Below, one piece after another: positions 1 through 9,857 of a stretch of 64,000 nucleotides of DNA. The notes under the pieces are model-generated. The model was not told the origin of the DNA, searched no databases, and saw only the letters and a list, made by a program, of their open reading frames with translations. The DNA lies in assembly GCA_016710685.1 (NCBI GenBank), contig JADJVC010000001.1, positions 72,948 through 136,947 of the forward strand, in the 5' to 3' direction. This DNA comes from Flavobacteriales bacterium (lineage in GTDB: Bacteria; Bacteroidota; Bacteroidia; Flavobacteriales_F; PHOS-HE28). The position numbers and the translations under genes were made by a program. The stretch's first letter is position 1. Each line of letters opens with the position of its first letter.

Positions 1-370
1 TTGGAACAAAGTAGCGGAACTCGATGACCTGCGCGCCATGGACATCGGCATTATGCCCTTGCCGGATGATGATTGGGCCAGGGGCAAGTGTGGGCTGAAG
101 GGCCTGCAATACATGGCACTTGGCATTCCTTCGCTGATGAGCCCTGTAGGTGTGAACTGTGACATCATTCAGCACGGGATCAACGGTTTTTTACCAAGCA
201 ACGATGCCGAATGGGTGGCCGATATCTCCCGTTTGGTCGAAGATGCCGAGCTTCGCAGCTCCATTGGCCAGGCGGGACGCAACACCGTGGTGGAACAGTA
301 CAGCCTTCGCGCTTGGCAACAGCGCTACGTGGGCTTTTTCAATGAACTGATCGAACAACGCAAGAAATGA
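1..370 (+). CDS. glycosyltransferase family 1 protein, C-terminal part (5' end outside window)
   Basis: ORF runs to the window edge; the tail ([21 protein letters not shown]) resembles the GT1/GT4 C-terminal Rossmann domain. Confidence 0.55.
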   Translation, partial: WNKVAELDDLRAMDIGIMPLPDDDWARGKCGLKGLQYMALGIPSLMSPVGVNCDIIQHGINGFLPSNDAEWVADISRLVEDAELRSSIGQAGRNTVVEQYSLRAWQQRYVGFFNELIEQRKK

Positions 371-1482
371 CCGAAACCAATCCTCCGAAAGAAATCGAGC
401 TGTCCAACATCCATGAAGCCCTCGGTGCCAAAATGGTGCCCTTCGCCGGCTTTCTCATGCCCGTGCAATATTCCGGCGTGAACGATGAGCACCTCACCGT
501 GCGCAAAGCCGTCGGCGTGTTCGACGTTAGCCACATGGGCGAGTTCATCGTACGTGGACCCGGCGCACTGGACCTCATTCAAAAAGTGACCAGCAACGAT
601 GCCTCCAAGCTCACCACCGGCAAGGTGCAATACAGCTGCCTGCCGAATGACAAAGGCGGGATCGTGGACGACCTGCTGGTGTACAACATGCAGCACGGCG
701 ACGACACCCATTACGTGTTGGTGGTAAACGCCGGTAACATCCAAAAGGACTGGGACTGGATCAATGCGCGCAACACATTCGATGCTCAACTGGAAAACAT
801 CAGCGACCACATGTCGCTGCTGGCCGTGCAAGGCCCCAAAGCCACCGATACGCTGAAAGGCCTGTTCAAGGAAGACATTGGCGCCATGCCATATTACACC
901 GCCATGTACGCCGAGATGAAGGGCGTGGGCCTGGTGCTCATTTCTTCCACGGGCTACACCGGCGCTGGCGGATATGAGATCTACATGCCGAATCCGCTCG
1001 CGGAAAAAGCATGGAGCGCCATTTTCGAAGCTGGAAAGCCATTTGGCATCAAGCCTGCTGGCCTCGCTGCCCGCGACACCCTGCGCCTGGAAATGGGCTT
1101 CTGCCTCTACGGGAACGACATCGACGATACCACTTCGCCGCTGGAAGCCGGACTGGGCTGGATCACCAAATTCACCAAGGAATTCACCAACTCCGCTGCG
1201 CTGAAGGCTGAAAAGGAAGCGGGAGTGAAGAACAAATTGGTGGGCTTTGAACTGCTCGATCGCGGCATTCCGCGCCATGATTGCGCCATAGTGGATAGCG
1301 ACGGAAAAGTAATCGGCAGAGTGACCAGCGGCACCATGAGCCCCAGCATACAAAAGCCCATCGGCATGGCCTACGTGCCCAAGGAAATGAGCGCGCCGGG
1401 CACCGAAATTCTCGTGGACGTGCGCGGCAAAATGCTGAAAGGAATTGTGGTGAAAACGCCGTTTATTGAGGTCGCGAAGTGA
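367..1482 (+). CDS. gcvT: glycine cleavage system aminomethyltransferase T
   Basis: 371 aa; GcvT motifs ([29 protein letters not shown]) and typical length. Confidence 0.9.
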   Translation: MTETNPPKEIELSNIHEALGAKMVPFAGFLMPVQYSGVNDEHLTVRKAVGVFDVSHMGEFIVRGPGALDLIQKVTSNDASKLTTGKVQYSCLPNDKGGIVDDLLVYNMQHGDDTHYVLVVNAGNIQKDWDWINARNTFDAQLENISDHMSLLAVQGPKATDTLKGLFKEDIGAMPYYTAMYAEMKGVGLVLISSTGYTGAGGYEIYMPNPLAEKAWSAIFEAGKPFGIKPAGLAARDTLRLEMGFCLYGNDIDDTTSPLEAGLGWITKFTKEFTNSAALKAEKEAGVKNKLVGFELLDRGIPRHDCAIVDSDGKVIGRVTSGTMSPSIQKPIGMAYVPKEMSAPGTEILVDVRGKMLKGIVVKTPFIEVAK

Positions 1483-1586
1483 GAGTGGTGTTGGACATTG
1501 CAAGACTCAGACTCAAGCTCAGCTAGACCTGACTCAAGACTCACGACTCAAGACTCTGCTCTCTGTGCCTCTGTGGTGAATAAAAA

Positions 1587-2336
1587 ATGAAGGCTGTCTC
1601 CCGCAACACCGACTACAAATTCCGCGTGGAAGTGTGCTACACCCCCGGCCAGTTTCCGCTGTACAAGCAGGACATGGGCATCGTGGTGGTCATCGACATC
1701 CTGCGCGCCACCAGCGCCATGGTCGCAGCTTTTGAGCATGGGGTGAAGGACATCATTCCAGTGGCCACCATTGAGGAAGCGAGGCAGTACATCGGCCGCG
1801 AAGGCTACATCGCTGCCGCTGAACGCAACGGCGAGATCGTAGAGGGATTTCCTGTAGGCAATTCGCCGCTCGCCTTCAAGGCCATGGACCTGCGCGGAAA
1901 AACCATCGTGATCAGTACCACAAATGGAACACAGGCCATCAACACCGGACGCGAAGCGCGGAAGCTCGTGATCGGCTCGTTTCTCAACCTCAGTGCGCTT
2001 AGCAATTGGTTGCTTCAGCAAGACGATAACATCCTGTTGCTTTGCTCCGGCTGGAAGGACAAATTCAGTTTAGAGGACAGTGTTTTCGCCGGTGCGGTGA
2101 TGGAACGCTTGCTGGAAAGCGGTAAATTCGGCGTGGAAGAGGACAGTAGCATCGCTTCCAAATACCTGTACATGGCAGCCCGAGACAACTTTATGAGCAT
2201 CCTGAAAGCGGCGCCCCGCCGCAAAAGGCTTCAGCAATTGCACTTATTGGAAGACGTGAAGTACTGCCTTACGCCGGACCAAAGCAAAGCCATTCCTATT
2301 CTTCGCAACGGCCGGTTGGTCCTGCTCGAAAACTGA
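1587..2336 (+). CDS. 2-phosphosulfolactate phosphatase (ComB) family protein
   Basis: 249 aa; IDILRATSAM and TNGTQAI motifs typical of the ComB family. Confidence 0.65.
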   Translation: MKAVSRNTDYKFRVEVCYTPGQFPLYKQDMGIVVVIDILRATSAMVAAFEHGVKDIIPVATIEEARQYIGREGYIAAAERNGEIVEGFPVGNSPLAFKAMDLRGKTIVISTTNGTQAINTGREARKLVIGSFLNLSALSNWLLQQDDNILLLCSGWKDKFSLEDSVFAGAVMERLLESGKFGVEEDSSIASKYLYMAARDNFMSILKAAPRRKRLQQLHLLEDVKYCLTPDQSKAIPILRNGRLVLLEN

Positions 2337-2339
2337 ACC

Positions 2340-3353
2340 ATGAACCGTAAAACCGCGCTGCGCGCATTTGCCTTGTTCCTTGGCCTCGCCGTGGCGTGGC
2401 CGTTCTTCATGCAGCGCGATGCCGAGGCCTGGGGCTTCTATGGCCACCGCCGCATTAACCGCATGGCCGTCTTCACCCTGCCGCCCGCCATGTTCGGCTT
2501 CTACAAGCGCCACATCGATTATGTCACTGACCATGCCACCGACCCCGACAGCCGTCGCTATGCCGTAGCAGCCGAGGCTCCGCGTCACTACATCGACATT
2601 GATCATTACGTGCCGGCAGGGGAGGATCCCTTCAAGGAAGTGCCCAAAAAATGGGACCTTGCCGTGCAGAAATTCACTGAGGATACCTTGCAAGCTTATG
2701 GTATCGTGCCATGGCACATTCCGGTGATGTACGGCAGGCTCGTGAATGCATTTAAACGCGGCAGCGTGGACCGGATCCTCTACTACAGCGCGGAAATCGG
2801 CCACTACATTGGAGATGCCCACGTGCCCCTCCACACCACGGAGAACTACAACGGTGACATGACCGGCCAGCACGGCATCCACGCATTTTGGGAAACGCGT
2901 ATTCCGGAACTAAATGCCGATAGTTACGACCACTTCACCGGCCGCGCCCAGTACATCGCCGACCCGTTGGAAGCCGCCTGGGACGCCGTGATCGGTAGCC
3001 ATGCAGCATTAGACACCGTGTTCAGCAAGGAAAAAGAACTGCAGGCCACCTTCCCGGAAAGCGAGAAGTATGTCTACGAACAACGCGGACGCGGCAGCGT
3101 GCAGCTCTACTCCAAAGAATTCACGGCAGCGTACGAGCAAAGCATGGGCGGCATGGTGGAGCGCCGCATGAATGCCGCCATCATATCAGTGGGCAGCTTT
3201 TGGTACAGCGCGTGGGTAGATGCCGGCCAACCCGACTTGGACCACTTCGACCAAAAGGACGTGAGCGACAGCTTGAAACAAGTGCTGAAAGCCGAAGACG
3301 AGGAGCGCAAGAATTCCTCTAAGGCGTTCGGTAGGGAGGAGCCGAGTGAGTGA
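2340..3353 (+). CDS. S1/P1 nuclease family protein (zinc-dependent phospholipase C/nuclease superfamily), secreted
   Basis: Signal peptide followed by a WGxxGH N-terminus (WGFYGHRRIN) and His/Asp-rich metal ligands. Confidence 0.6.
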   Translation: MNRKTALRAFALFLGLAVAWPFFMQRDAEAWGFYGHRRINRMAVFTLPPAMFGFYKRHIDYVTDHATDPDSRRYAVAAEAPRHYIDIDHYVPAGEDPFKEVPKKWDLAVQKFTEDTLQAYGIVPWHIPVMYGRLVNAFKRGSVDRILYYSAEIGHYIGDAHVPLHTTENYNGDMTGQHGIHAFWETRIPELNADSYDHFTGRAQYIADPLEAAWDAVIGSHAALDTVFSKEKELQATFPESEKYVYEQRGRGSVQLYSKEFTAAYEQSMGGMVERRMNAAIISVGSFWYSAWVDAGQPDLDHFDQKDVSDSLKQVLKAEDEERKNSSKAFGREEPSE

Positions 3354-3359
3354 ATGTAT
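3224..3359. repeat. direct repeat copy 1 (136 bp), comprising the last ~43 codons and stop of the S1/P1 nuclease gene
   Basis: Near-identical to 4626..4761 with about 3 mismatches. Confidence 0.85.
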
Positions 3360-3401
3360 GCTCCTCAGGGGTCTCTCGAAAAGACCTGAAAATATAAATT
3401 T

Positions 3402-4590
3402 CTACTTCAGGAAAAGCTTCCCGGTCAGCGACGTCCCGTACGCGTTATCGATCCGGTACACATAGCTTCCGGCCACAAGATTCTTCCGCAGGAATACGCA
3501 CGACGGACCGTGGAATTCCTGCTGGCTCACGACTCTGCCGCTCATGTCGCTTACCGTGAGTTTGTGCGTGGCCGGTGATGTTTCGCTCAATTCAATTGTG
3601 GCTTGGGATAACACCGGGTTGGGGTAAACCCGCACTGCAGTTCCTGTATTGGCCATGTCGTGCGTGCTCAAATTTGGATTTTCCAAAATGGTGCGAAATT
3701 GTTCGAATGTGCCAGCGTCCATCAACGTGTGGCGGTACCCTCCAGCCCAGGTGTCTACGCCTAGAACATTGTAATTCACGTTGTCCGTTACCAAAATGCC
3801 ACTGCCACTCTCCCCGGGAACTCCAACCCAATTCTGTACGCCTACATAATTGGCGATACCAGCACTGCTGAGCACCACAGGCGTGGAGAAATGGTAAAGT
3901 GTGTCCCCGTTGTAAATAATGCTCGGGTCACCTGCAACATTGTCTGCCGGATAGGAGAACTTGTGGACAATTTTATCGTTGAAATAGGTGGAATCCGTGG
4001 TAAAGCCTAAGCCGATCCATCCGAGTTCTTCACCTAACGGATGTTCCAGCTCAATCAAAGCATTATCTCGTTCCCACTCCAATGGTACGTAGTAACGGAC
4101 CGCGCGAGCTCACCCGTAAATACACCGGATTCCGTTGTCAAAAAACTGGATTAAAGTCTATCTGCCCGGTGCGCCATTCCCCGCTGAACATATCCCGCAA
4201 GCAATGGGATGCGGTAAGGACATGCCAAGGCCCAACTAACTGTCCAGAGCATCGCGCCCAACTCGAATCAGCTTCAATCCTCCTTAATGCGCCAACGGCC
4301 CGTATGGGGTAGTCTGTCAACGAATTCATACTTGCGGCGGTTGGTGGCAGTTGATTTCCCGGACCGAGGTAGCCCGCAGGGGCGGCCATATTATCCAACG
4401 TTATCAAACCGGGCAGTGTGCCGATGCCATTTGATAAAAAGCCCGAAACCGAATCCGTGACAGCCACGGGATGGATCGTGTCCACTTCCTCCGTTACCGG
4501 GTTGTAGACTAAAATGGTGTTGTCCTGTGCCAATAGCGACAGTTGAAAGAGAGCGAAACCAAAAGAAATCAGTGCGCAACGAATTTGCAT
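3402..4590 (-). pseudogene. trypsin-like (S1) serine peptidase with T9SS C-terminal sorting domain, disrupted
   Basis: Signal peptide plus TASHC (His) in ORF 4138..4590; Asp region, GESGSG (Ser) and Por/T9SS CTD in ORF 3402..4082, which is in another frame. A TGA after a T6 run at 4138 and a second in-frame TGA mean at least 2 lesions are needed to join the parts. Confidence 0.7.
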
Positions 4591-4625
4591 TGACGATGAA
4601 CGAAGAGCAGGGGATTTTAGTACGT

Positions 4626-4761
4626 CGGCCAACCCGACTTGGACCACTTCGACCAAAAGGACGTGAGCGACAGCTTGAAACAAGTGCTGAAAGCCGAAGA
4701 CGAGGAGCGCAAGAATTCCTCCAAGGCGTTCGGGAGGGAGGAGCCGAGTGAGTGAGTGTAT
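4626..4761. repeat. direct repeat copy 2 (136 bp), an orphan duplicate of the nuclease gene 3' end
   Basis: Aligns to 3224..3359. Confidence 0.85.
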
Positions 4762-4789
4762 TCGGATTTCAGTTGCCCTCTGTCATTTC

Positions 4790-6238
4790 CTATTGCCGCG
4801 CCACTACCACACGTTGCAGTTGCCTGCTGCCGTTCTGCTCAAGCTCCAATAAGTACATGCCATCTGCAACGGCATTAAGGTCCATGCGGTGCACCGCAGC
4901 CATGGGCAGCACAGTTTTTACCAATGCGCCTTGCACTGAGTATAAGCGCAAGGTGCTGCCGGGTTGTACGCCGTCCAAGGAAATGTTCAGGAAGTCATTG
5001 GCAGGGTCGGGCCAAACACGGAACCGGCCTTCTTCATTTTCTGTGATCGCATTGAATTCGCCGATTTGGAAATCCGTGCTGTAGGTGGTGCCGGCGTAGT
5101 CCACCTGAAATTGCCAGTTGCCCGTTGGCCAAGTGGAGTTCACCACGTTGACCCATTGCGTATATGCCGTGGCGTAGTAGGGCCAAGGCGAAGTCCAGCT
5201 CCATTCTTCGAACAGCCCGTCGGGGCTGATGTTACGCATGGTATGAACGCTGGCCGAGTCGAGGTCGCGGTAGTAGATCTTGAAGATGATGGAGTCCCCG
5301 ACGTTGAAGCCGGTCTGCTCGTACGTGATCTCGGGCGTGGGACAATTGTAGTTGTCCAGTGTGGAATAGTGTGTGGAGATGTGGTTGACCTGCGGAATTG
5401 AATAGGCCGGTTGGACCGCCCACCAACTTTCGGTGCCATTCATGCTGTTGCACGGCCCCGCATAAGGGTCCACCACATTGTTGTTGGCGTCCATCACTTG
5501 AAAATGCAGGTGGGGATAGCTGCTGCTCCCACTGCTGCCGGCATTGCCGAGAAATTCCCCGGCCACTACCGTTTCGCCGATGCCTTTCGCGGTAACCGTG
5601 CCGGACTTCATGTGCCAATACCACGATTCGGAACCGTCGGAATGTTCCAGCACGATACCGTTCCAATCGGGACTTCCCGTGTTGCTGCACATCCGGTCGA
5701 AGTATCCGTCGCGCTTGTTGATGATCACACCGTCCGCTGCGGCGATGATCTCCATGTTCTCCTCGTCCATCTGTTTCCATCCATAGGGCCAGTAGACCAC
5801 GTCCGTTCCCGCATGGTTCCCGCTCGCCCAATCGTACGTGCGCGTGCCACAATCGTAATCCAGCACATGGTTGTTGGGCAACGGATCATGGTCCACCCCG
5901 AAACGCACGGCACTGTATCCGTAATCGTCAAACCCCGCGCGGGCCTGCGTTGGCCAGATGAACAGCGGGTGGTTACCGCCTCGGTCCACCTGCGGAAGTT
6001 CCGGGTGCTCGGCATGTACATGCTGGGCGTTCCGCTGATTTTCCAATGAAACCTCCTGCTGTTGTTCCAGCGAAATGCACGGTGCGTTTTCCACGGAAGG
6101 CGTGCCAAGGAAGCCTTTCCACCCGCTCGTACCGCTCGGTTCAAGGGGCTGAAGGTTTTGTGCCTCGGCGCCTTTCCATGCAGTGAGCACCAACAAAGTG
6201 CAGGCGGTCATGCGCCAAAATGCAGTTTTCCGTTTCAT
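4790..6238 (-). CDS. M23 family metallopeptidase with T9SS C-terminal sorting domain
   Basis: Signal peptide (MKRKTAFWRMTACTLLVLTAW); LytM/M23 motifs (HSDGSESWYWHM, GNAGSSGSSSYPHLHFQV); C-terminal CTD (LRLYSVQGALV..YLLELEQNG). The ORF's upstream ATG at 6295 is less likely. Confidence 0.75.
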   Translation of the reverse strand: MKRKTAFWRMTACTLLVLTAWKGAEAQNLQPLEPSGTSGWKGFLGTPSVENAPCISLEQQQEVSLENQRNAQHVHAEHPELPQVDRGGNHPLFIWPTQARAGFDDYGYSAVRFGVDHDPLPNNHVLDYDCGTRTYDWASGNHAGTDVVYWPYGWKQMDEENMEIIAAADGVIINKRDGYFDRMCSNTGSPDWNGIVLEHSDGSESWYWHMKSGTVTAKGIGETVVAGEFLGNAGSSGSSSYPHLHFQVMDANNNVVDPYAGPCNSMNGTESWWAVQPAYSIPQVNHISTHYSTLDNYNCPTPEITYEQTGFNVGDSIIFKIYYRDLDSASVHTMRNISPDGLFEEWSWTSPWPYYATAYTQWVNVVNSTWPTGNWQFQVDYAGTTYSTDFQIGEFNAITENEEGRFRVWPDPANDFLNISLDGVQPGSTLRLYSVQGALVKTVLPMAAVHRMDLNAVADGMYLLELEQNGSRQLQRVVVARQ

Positions 6239-6332
6239 TTCGGCGAGTTTTATCCGCCGAAAGTAGACTTTCTGATAGTCTCTGTCCATCCCCAAAAGGG
6301 GGGATGTGGTATTTTCTGCAAATCATTCCGGC

Positions 6333-7004
6333 CTAGAACCGGCCGATCTTCAACGTTACCCCGGCATTGAAGCCTCGCAGCGCGTCCTTCGGAGTTTCCG
6401 GTAGGGTGATGTCCGAAGTGTAGCGGTACGAAACTCCAAGGCCCAACCGCACCAGCTTGATCATGCTGAGCTCTAGCGCGATGCCTGGTTCAATAACGAA
6501 AAAGGCCTGTGCATCGCCGGTATTATACCGGGTTGGGCCGTTCGGTCGTCCCAAGCGGCTTTCGTAGGTCTCGTAAACCGCTCCACCAGCGCCGATGATC
6601 ACCGGTAAGGTAACGTGTATGGCACTGCGGTAGGCGATCACCGGCTCGATCAACAAGCCGCCATAGCCCATGCGGAATTGGCTGGTGTGCCGGACGAAAA
6701 TGCCTTCCTCCGCAAGATGTGAATCGTAGGCCGTGTTCGGTACGTCCGTCACCAGGCCAAAACCGGCGAATCCGAGTGTCACCCGATGGTCGATGATCCA
6801 GCCGCCACGCACGCCGGTGAGCAGCGCATCTTGGTCCATCACGCGTGTGTAATGCGCCGAAAGACCGCCCCAACCTCCGTTCGAGCGGCCGCTACCGGAG
6901 CCGATAAGCGTGTGCATGGGCAAGGTGTCGGTCTGGGCGTTCAGAAGGACCGGTAACGCAATTGCAAAGAGGAAAGCGGCGAAGGGAAATGGTTTGTGTC
7001 GCAT
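6333..7004 (-). CDS. hypothetical secreted/outer-membrane protein
   Basis: Signal peptide (FPFAAFLFAIALPVLLNAQ); Gly-rich with alternating hydrophobics, suggesting a beta-barrel. Confidence 0.5.
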   Translation of the reverse strand: MRHKPFPFAAFLFAIALPVLLNAQTDTLPMHTLIGSGSGRSNGGWGGLSAHYTRVMDQDALLTGVRGGWIIDHRVTLGFAGFGLVTDVPNTAYDSHLAEEGIFVRHTSQFRMGYGGLLIEPVIAYRSAIHVTLPVIIGAGGAVYETYESRLGRPNGPTRYNTGDAQAFFVIEPGIALELSMIKLVRLGLGVSYRYTSDITLPETPKDALRGFNAGVTLKIGRF

Positions 7005-7066
7005 GGTGCGGTGTTGTTTGCCCATATGACAAACACATCGCTGGAAACCCCTATGCGGTCGAAAAA

Positions 7067-7639
7067 TTAATTCTTCCCATGCCCCACCAATGCTCCTTCC
7101 AGCACCAGCAACTGCACCTTCAACACCGCTGCCACCGTGAGGCTGTCCCGCACTTCACCCCGCTGCACCATGGCGTACAGCTCCGCGAACGGCAATTTGC
7201 GCTGCTCCAGCTCCTCGTCATGATCCGGCTCCGGAGCATGAAAGGTGAGGCCCTGTGCCACGAAGATGATGGCCTGCTCGTCGCTGGCGCTGTTGCTCAG
7301 GTCCATTTGCAGGATCTCCGTCCATTGGTCCGCCTCAATGCCCACTTCTTCACGCAGCTCGCGCTTGGCACTTTCCATTGCCGGGATGTTGCGGTCTCCG
7401 CCGCCTTCGGGCATTTCCCAACTGTAAGCTTCCATGGGGTAGCGGTACTGCCCCACGATCCAGGTGTTCATGTCCTCATCCAGCGGGATCACGCCCACGG
7501 CGAGATTCTTGAAGTGGATCACGCCGTATACGCCCTGCTTCCCGCCGGGGTCGATCACTTCGTGGTGCGCCACGGAGATCCAGGGGGTTTCGTACGCCAA
7601 TTTCTCGCTCAGGGTGGTCCACGGACCGCGCTTCTTCAT
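7067..7639 (-). CDS. NUDIX hydrolase
   Basis: Nudix box GGGDRNIPAMESAKRELREEVG. Confidence 0.8.
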   Translation of the reverse strand: MKKRGPWTTLSEKLAYETPWISVAHHEVIDPGGKQGVYGVIHFKNLAVGVIPLDEDMNTWIVGQYRYPMEAYSWEMPEGGGDRNIPAMESAKRELREEVGIEADQWTEILQMDLSNSASDEQAIIFVAQGLTFHAPEPDHDEELEQRKLPFAELYAMVQRGEVRDSLTVAAVLKVQLLVLEGALVGHGKN

Positions 7640-7782
7640 GCGGCAAAGATGACAACGGGCTTTGTTTTACCGCAGAGGGCGCGGAGAACACAGAGGATCG
7701 TCATGGTGCTCTCCGGATTTTACCCCGTCCCTCGCGCCCGGCATTTCTCAGCGCTCTCCGCGCCCTCCGCGGTTTCACTTCG

Positions 7783-8547
7783 TCATCTCCGCGAGGGATC
7801 CAGCCGGAACATGATGTCAAGCTTCATCACGCTGCGTACCAATTGGCCGTCTTTCACCGCCGGTTGCCAGCAGAGCATGCGCACCAGTCGCATGGCCTCC
7901 GCATCACAGCCACCGCCCAGGAAATTCAAGGTACGTAGATTGCTCACACTGCCGGTGGTCTCCACCGTGAATTCGATCGTGACCTTGCCCTGGATGTCCA
8001 AGCGGAAGGCTTCCGGTGGGTACTTCAGGTTTTGCCCCAAATAATTCGGCAATTGGCGAAGCCCACCTTCGATCCGCGGGGTGGCCAAGGTGTCCGTTTC
8101 GCGATCGGTGTACAGCTTGTTCGATGCATCCTGGGGCAACGTGCTTTCCAGCGGCGGACAAGCTTTTTTCTTCGCTTGCAGCTTGGTGTACTTCTTCGCG
8201 TTGAAAGGGATCATGATGCTATGGTCCTTCTCGAAGACCGTGCCGTTCGCCGAGGCGGGCCTCCAGCGGAGCATGCGCGCCAAACGGAGTGCTTCCGCAT
8301 CGCAGGCGGGGTCCAACGGCAGGCTTACGCGCGCGTTTTGCACGGAACCGTCCTCCAGTATTTTGAAACTAATTCCCACCTCGCCATTCAGCCCAGTGGC
8401 TAATGCTTCCTGCGGAAAATGCTGCTCCTGCTCCAGGAACCAGTTCACGGCATCTTTGCCGCCCAACGGTTCGGGCGGGGTGAAGTCCTGCGCGGAAGCA
8501 AGCGTTGCCAGAAGGAGGAAAAAGGGGGGGAGAAGTATTCGCGCCAT
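7783..8547 (-). CDS. TonB C-terminal domain-containing protein (two TonB_C-like repeats)
   Basis: Signal peptide; two copies of the YP.EA...G.EG.V...F.V...G.V motif ending CDAEA(L/M)RL(A/V)RML(R/C)W(R/Q)PA. Confidence 0.55.
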   Translation of the reverse strand: MARILLPPFFLLLATLASAQDFTPPEPLGGKDAVNWFLEQEQHFPQEALATGLNGEVGISFKILEDGSVQNARVSLPLDPACDAEALRLARMLRWRPASANGTVFEKDHSIMIPFNAKKYTKLQAKKKACPPLESTLPQDASNKLYTDRETDTLATPRIEGGLRQLPNYLGQNLKYPPEAFRLDIQGKVTIEFTVETTGSVSNLRTLNFLGGGCDAEAMRLVRMLCWQPAVKDGQLVRSVMKLDIMFRLDPSRR

Positions 8548-8566
8548 GGTCCCGTAAATTTGCAGC

Positions 8567-9157
8567 ATGGCCGCCAAACCAACATTCGTCCCCGGTGATG
8601 AAGTTTCCTTCCTGAACGAGGTGGGCGGCGGCATGGTGTTGTCCCTGGTGGGCAAGGACCACGCCAAGGTACGTACGTTCGATGGCTTCGAGTTCGCAGT
8701 GCCGCTGAAAGAACTTGTGATGCGCGCCCAAAATTCCAGTTATGCCGTAAGCGACCACCACGCCCAGCTTCGCGCCAGCGACGACCGCATGATGGAGCGC
8801 ATTGAGCGCAACAAAGGTCGCGGTGGCTCATCGGCAAACGGCGGAACTGCCCCCAAACCCGTGGCCGACCCGCAAACGGTGGAGGTGGACTTGCATCTCC
8901 ACAAGTTGGTGGAGGACGAAAGCAAGTTGAGCGATGGTGAAAAACTCAGCTTTCAACTCGATTTTTTCGAGCGCCGCTTGAACACGGCCATCCGCGAACG
9001 CAAAAAGCGCGTCATAGTGATACACGGCGTGGGCGAAGGGATTCTGCGCGAAGAAGTGCGGAAGACCCTGCAGTTCTACGAAGGCGTCCGTTTCGATGAC
9101 GCCGACCCGCGCAAATACGGCTACGGCGCTACGGCTATTGAGATTTTGCATTATTGA
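8567..9157 (+). CDS. Smr/MutS2-type small endonuclease domain protein
   Basis: C-terminal Smr motif VIVIHGVGEGILREEV. Confidence 0.65.
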   Translation: MAAKPTFVPGDEVSFLNEVGGGMVLSLVGKDHAKVRTFDGFEFAVPLKELVMRAQNSSYAVSDHHAQLRASDDRMMERIERNKGRGGSSANGGTAPKPVADPQTVEVDLHLHKLVEDESKLSDGEKLSFQLDFFERRLNTAIRERKKRVIVIHGVGEGILREEVRKTLQFYEGVRFDDADPRKYGYGATAIEILHY

Positions 9158-9208
9158 GCGTTCGTTGCGCAGGGGCCCGAAGTGGAGACCTGCGAAGAAG
9201 TTCATTGA

Positions 9209-9643
9209 CATCCTGCGCACTGCTCCGCCGTTCTTTCCGCCGCATGGCGGGGAGGGAGGAAAGTCCGGGCAGCAAAGGGCACCGTGCTTCCTAACGGGAA
9301 GGGGCGCCGCTGGTGACGGTGGCGTTACGGAAAGTGCCACAGAAAGGGAAACCGCCGATCGTTGAAGTTGAAGTGAAGGCCCGCCTTCGCCAAGGCTTCG
9401 GCGAGGCAAGGATGAAAAGGTGGGGTAAGAGCCCACCAGTGCCCCGTGTGAGCGGGGCAGCTTGGTAAACCCCACGGGCTGAAAGACCAAATAAGCTGGA
9501 ACGCCTGCCGCAAGGCAGGCTAAGCGCGGCCCGCGTGATCCAGCGGGTAGGTCGATAGAGGCCGTGCGCGAGCACGGTCCCAGATAGATGGCGGAGGTCC
9601 GCCGCAAGGTGGATACAGGATCCGGCTTATAGGTGCGCAGGCT
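9209..9643 (+). ncRNA. rnpB: RNase P RNA, bacterial type A
   Basis: P4 strands GGAGGAAAGTCCGGGC and ACAGGATCCGGCTTAT; ACAGAAAGGGAAACCGCC, GGTAAGAGCCCACCAG and GGTAAACCCCAC conserved blocks; P1 pairing CCTGCGCAC/GTGCGCAGG. Confidence 0.85.
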
Positions 9644-9649
9644 TTTTTG

Positions 9650-9690
9650 CAAAGGCCCCGGCAGCAATGTTGGGGCCTTTTGCGATTTAA
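9650..9690 (+). terminator. rho-independent terminator after rnpB
   Basis: GGCCCC..GGGGCC hairpin followed by TTTTGCGATTT. Confidence 0.6.
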
Positions 9691-9857
9691 AGCCTTACCA
9701 CGCGCTCAGGTTTTTGCAGAGCATGCGTGCCGTAGGGATGTGCGATCTGCATAGGGCCTCTGGCCCGCCTCAAACGCTGTGAATCTAATTCCGTGTTTTG
9801 GACGGGAGCTCAATTCTTTAATGGGTTGTATAAAAGTGCGGAGGGAGTGGCTAGGGT

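Noticed and set aside
325-1503. Long antisense ORFs overlapping well-supported genes (e.g. 325..1503-, 15526..17046+, 34777..36573+, 54806..56398+, 49285..50739-, 22647..23888-, 6962..8044+)
   Set aside because: These are shadow ORFs expected in high-GC DNA. Their translations are low-complexity (Arg/Ala/His-rich). The opposite strand encodes clear GcvT, LptD, GH92, PpsA, GyrA and ComEC homologues.
4527-4751. 74-aa plus-strand ORF spanning the second 136-bp repeat copy
   Set aside because: It reads the duplicated nuclease 3' end in a different frame. It is an artefact of the duplication, not a gene.
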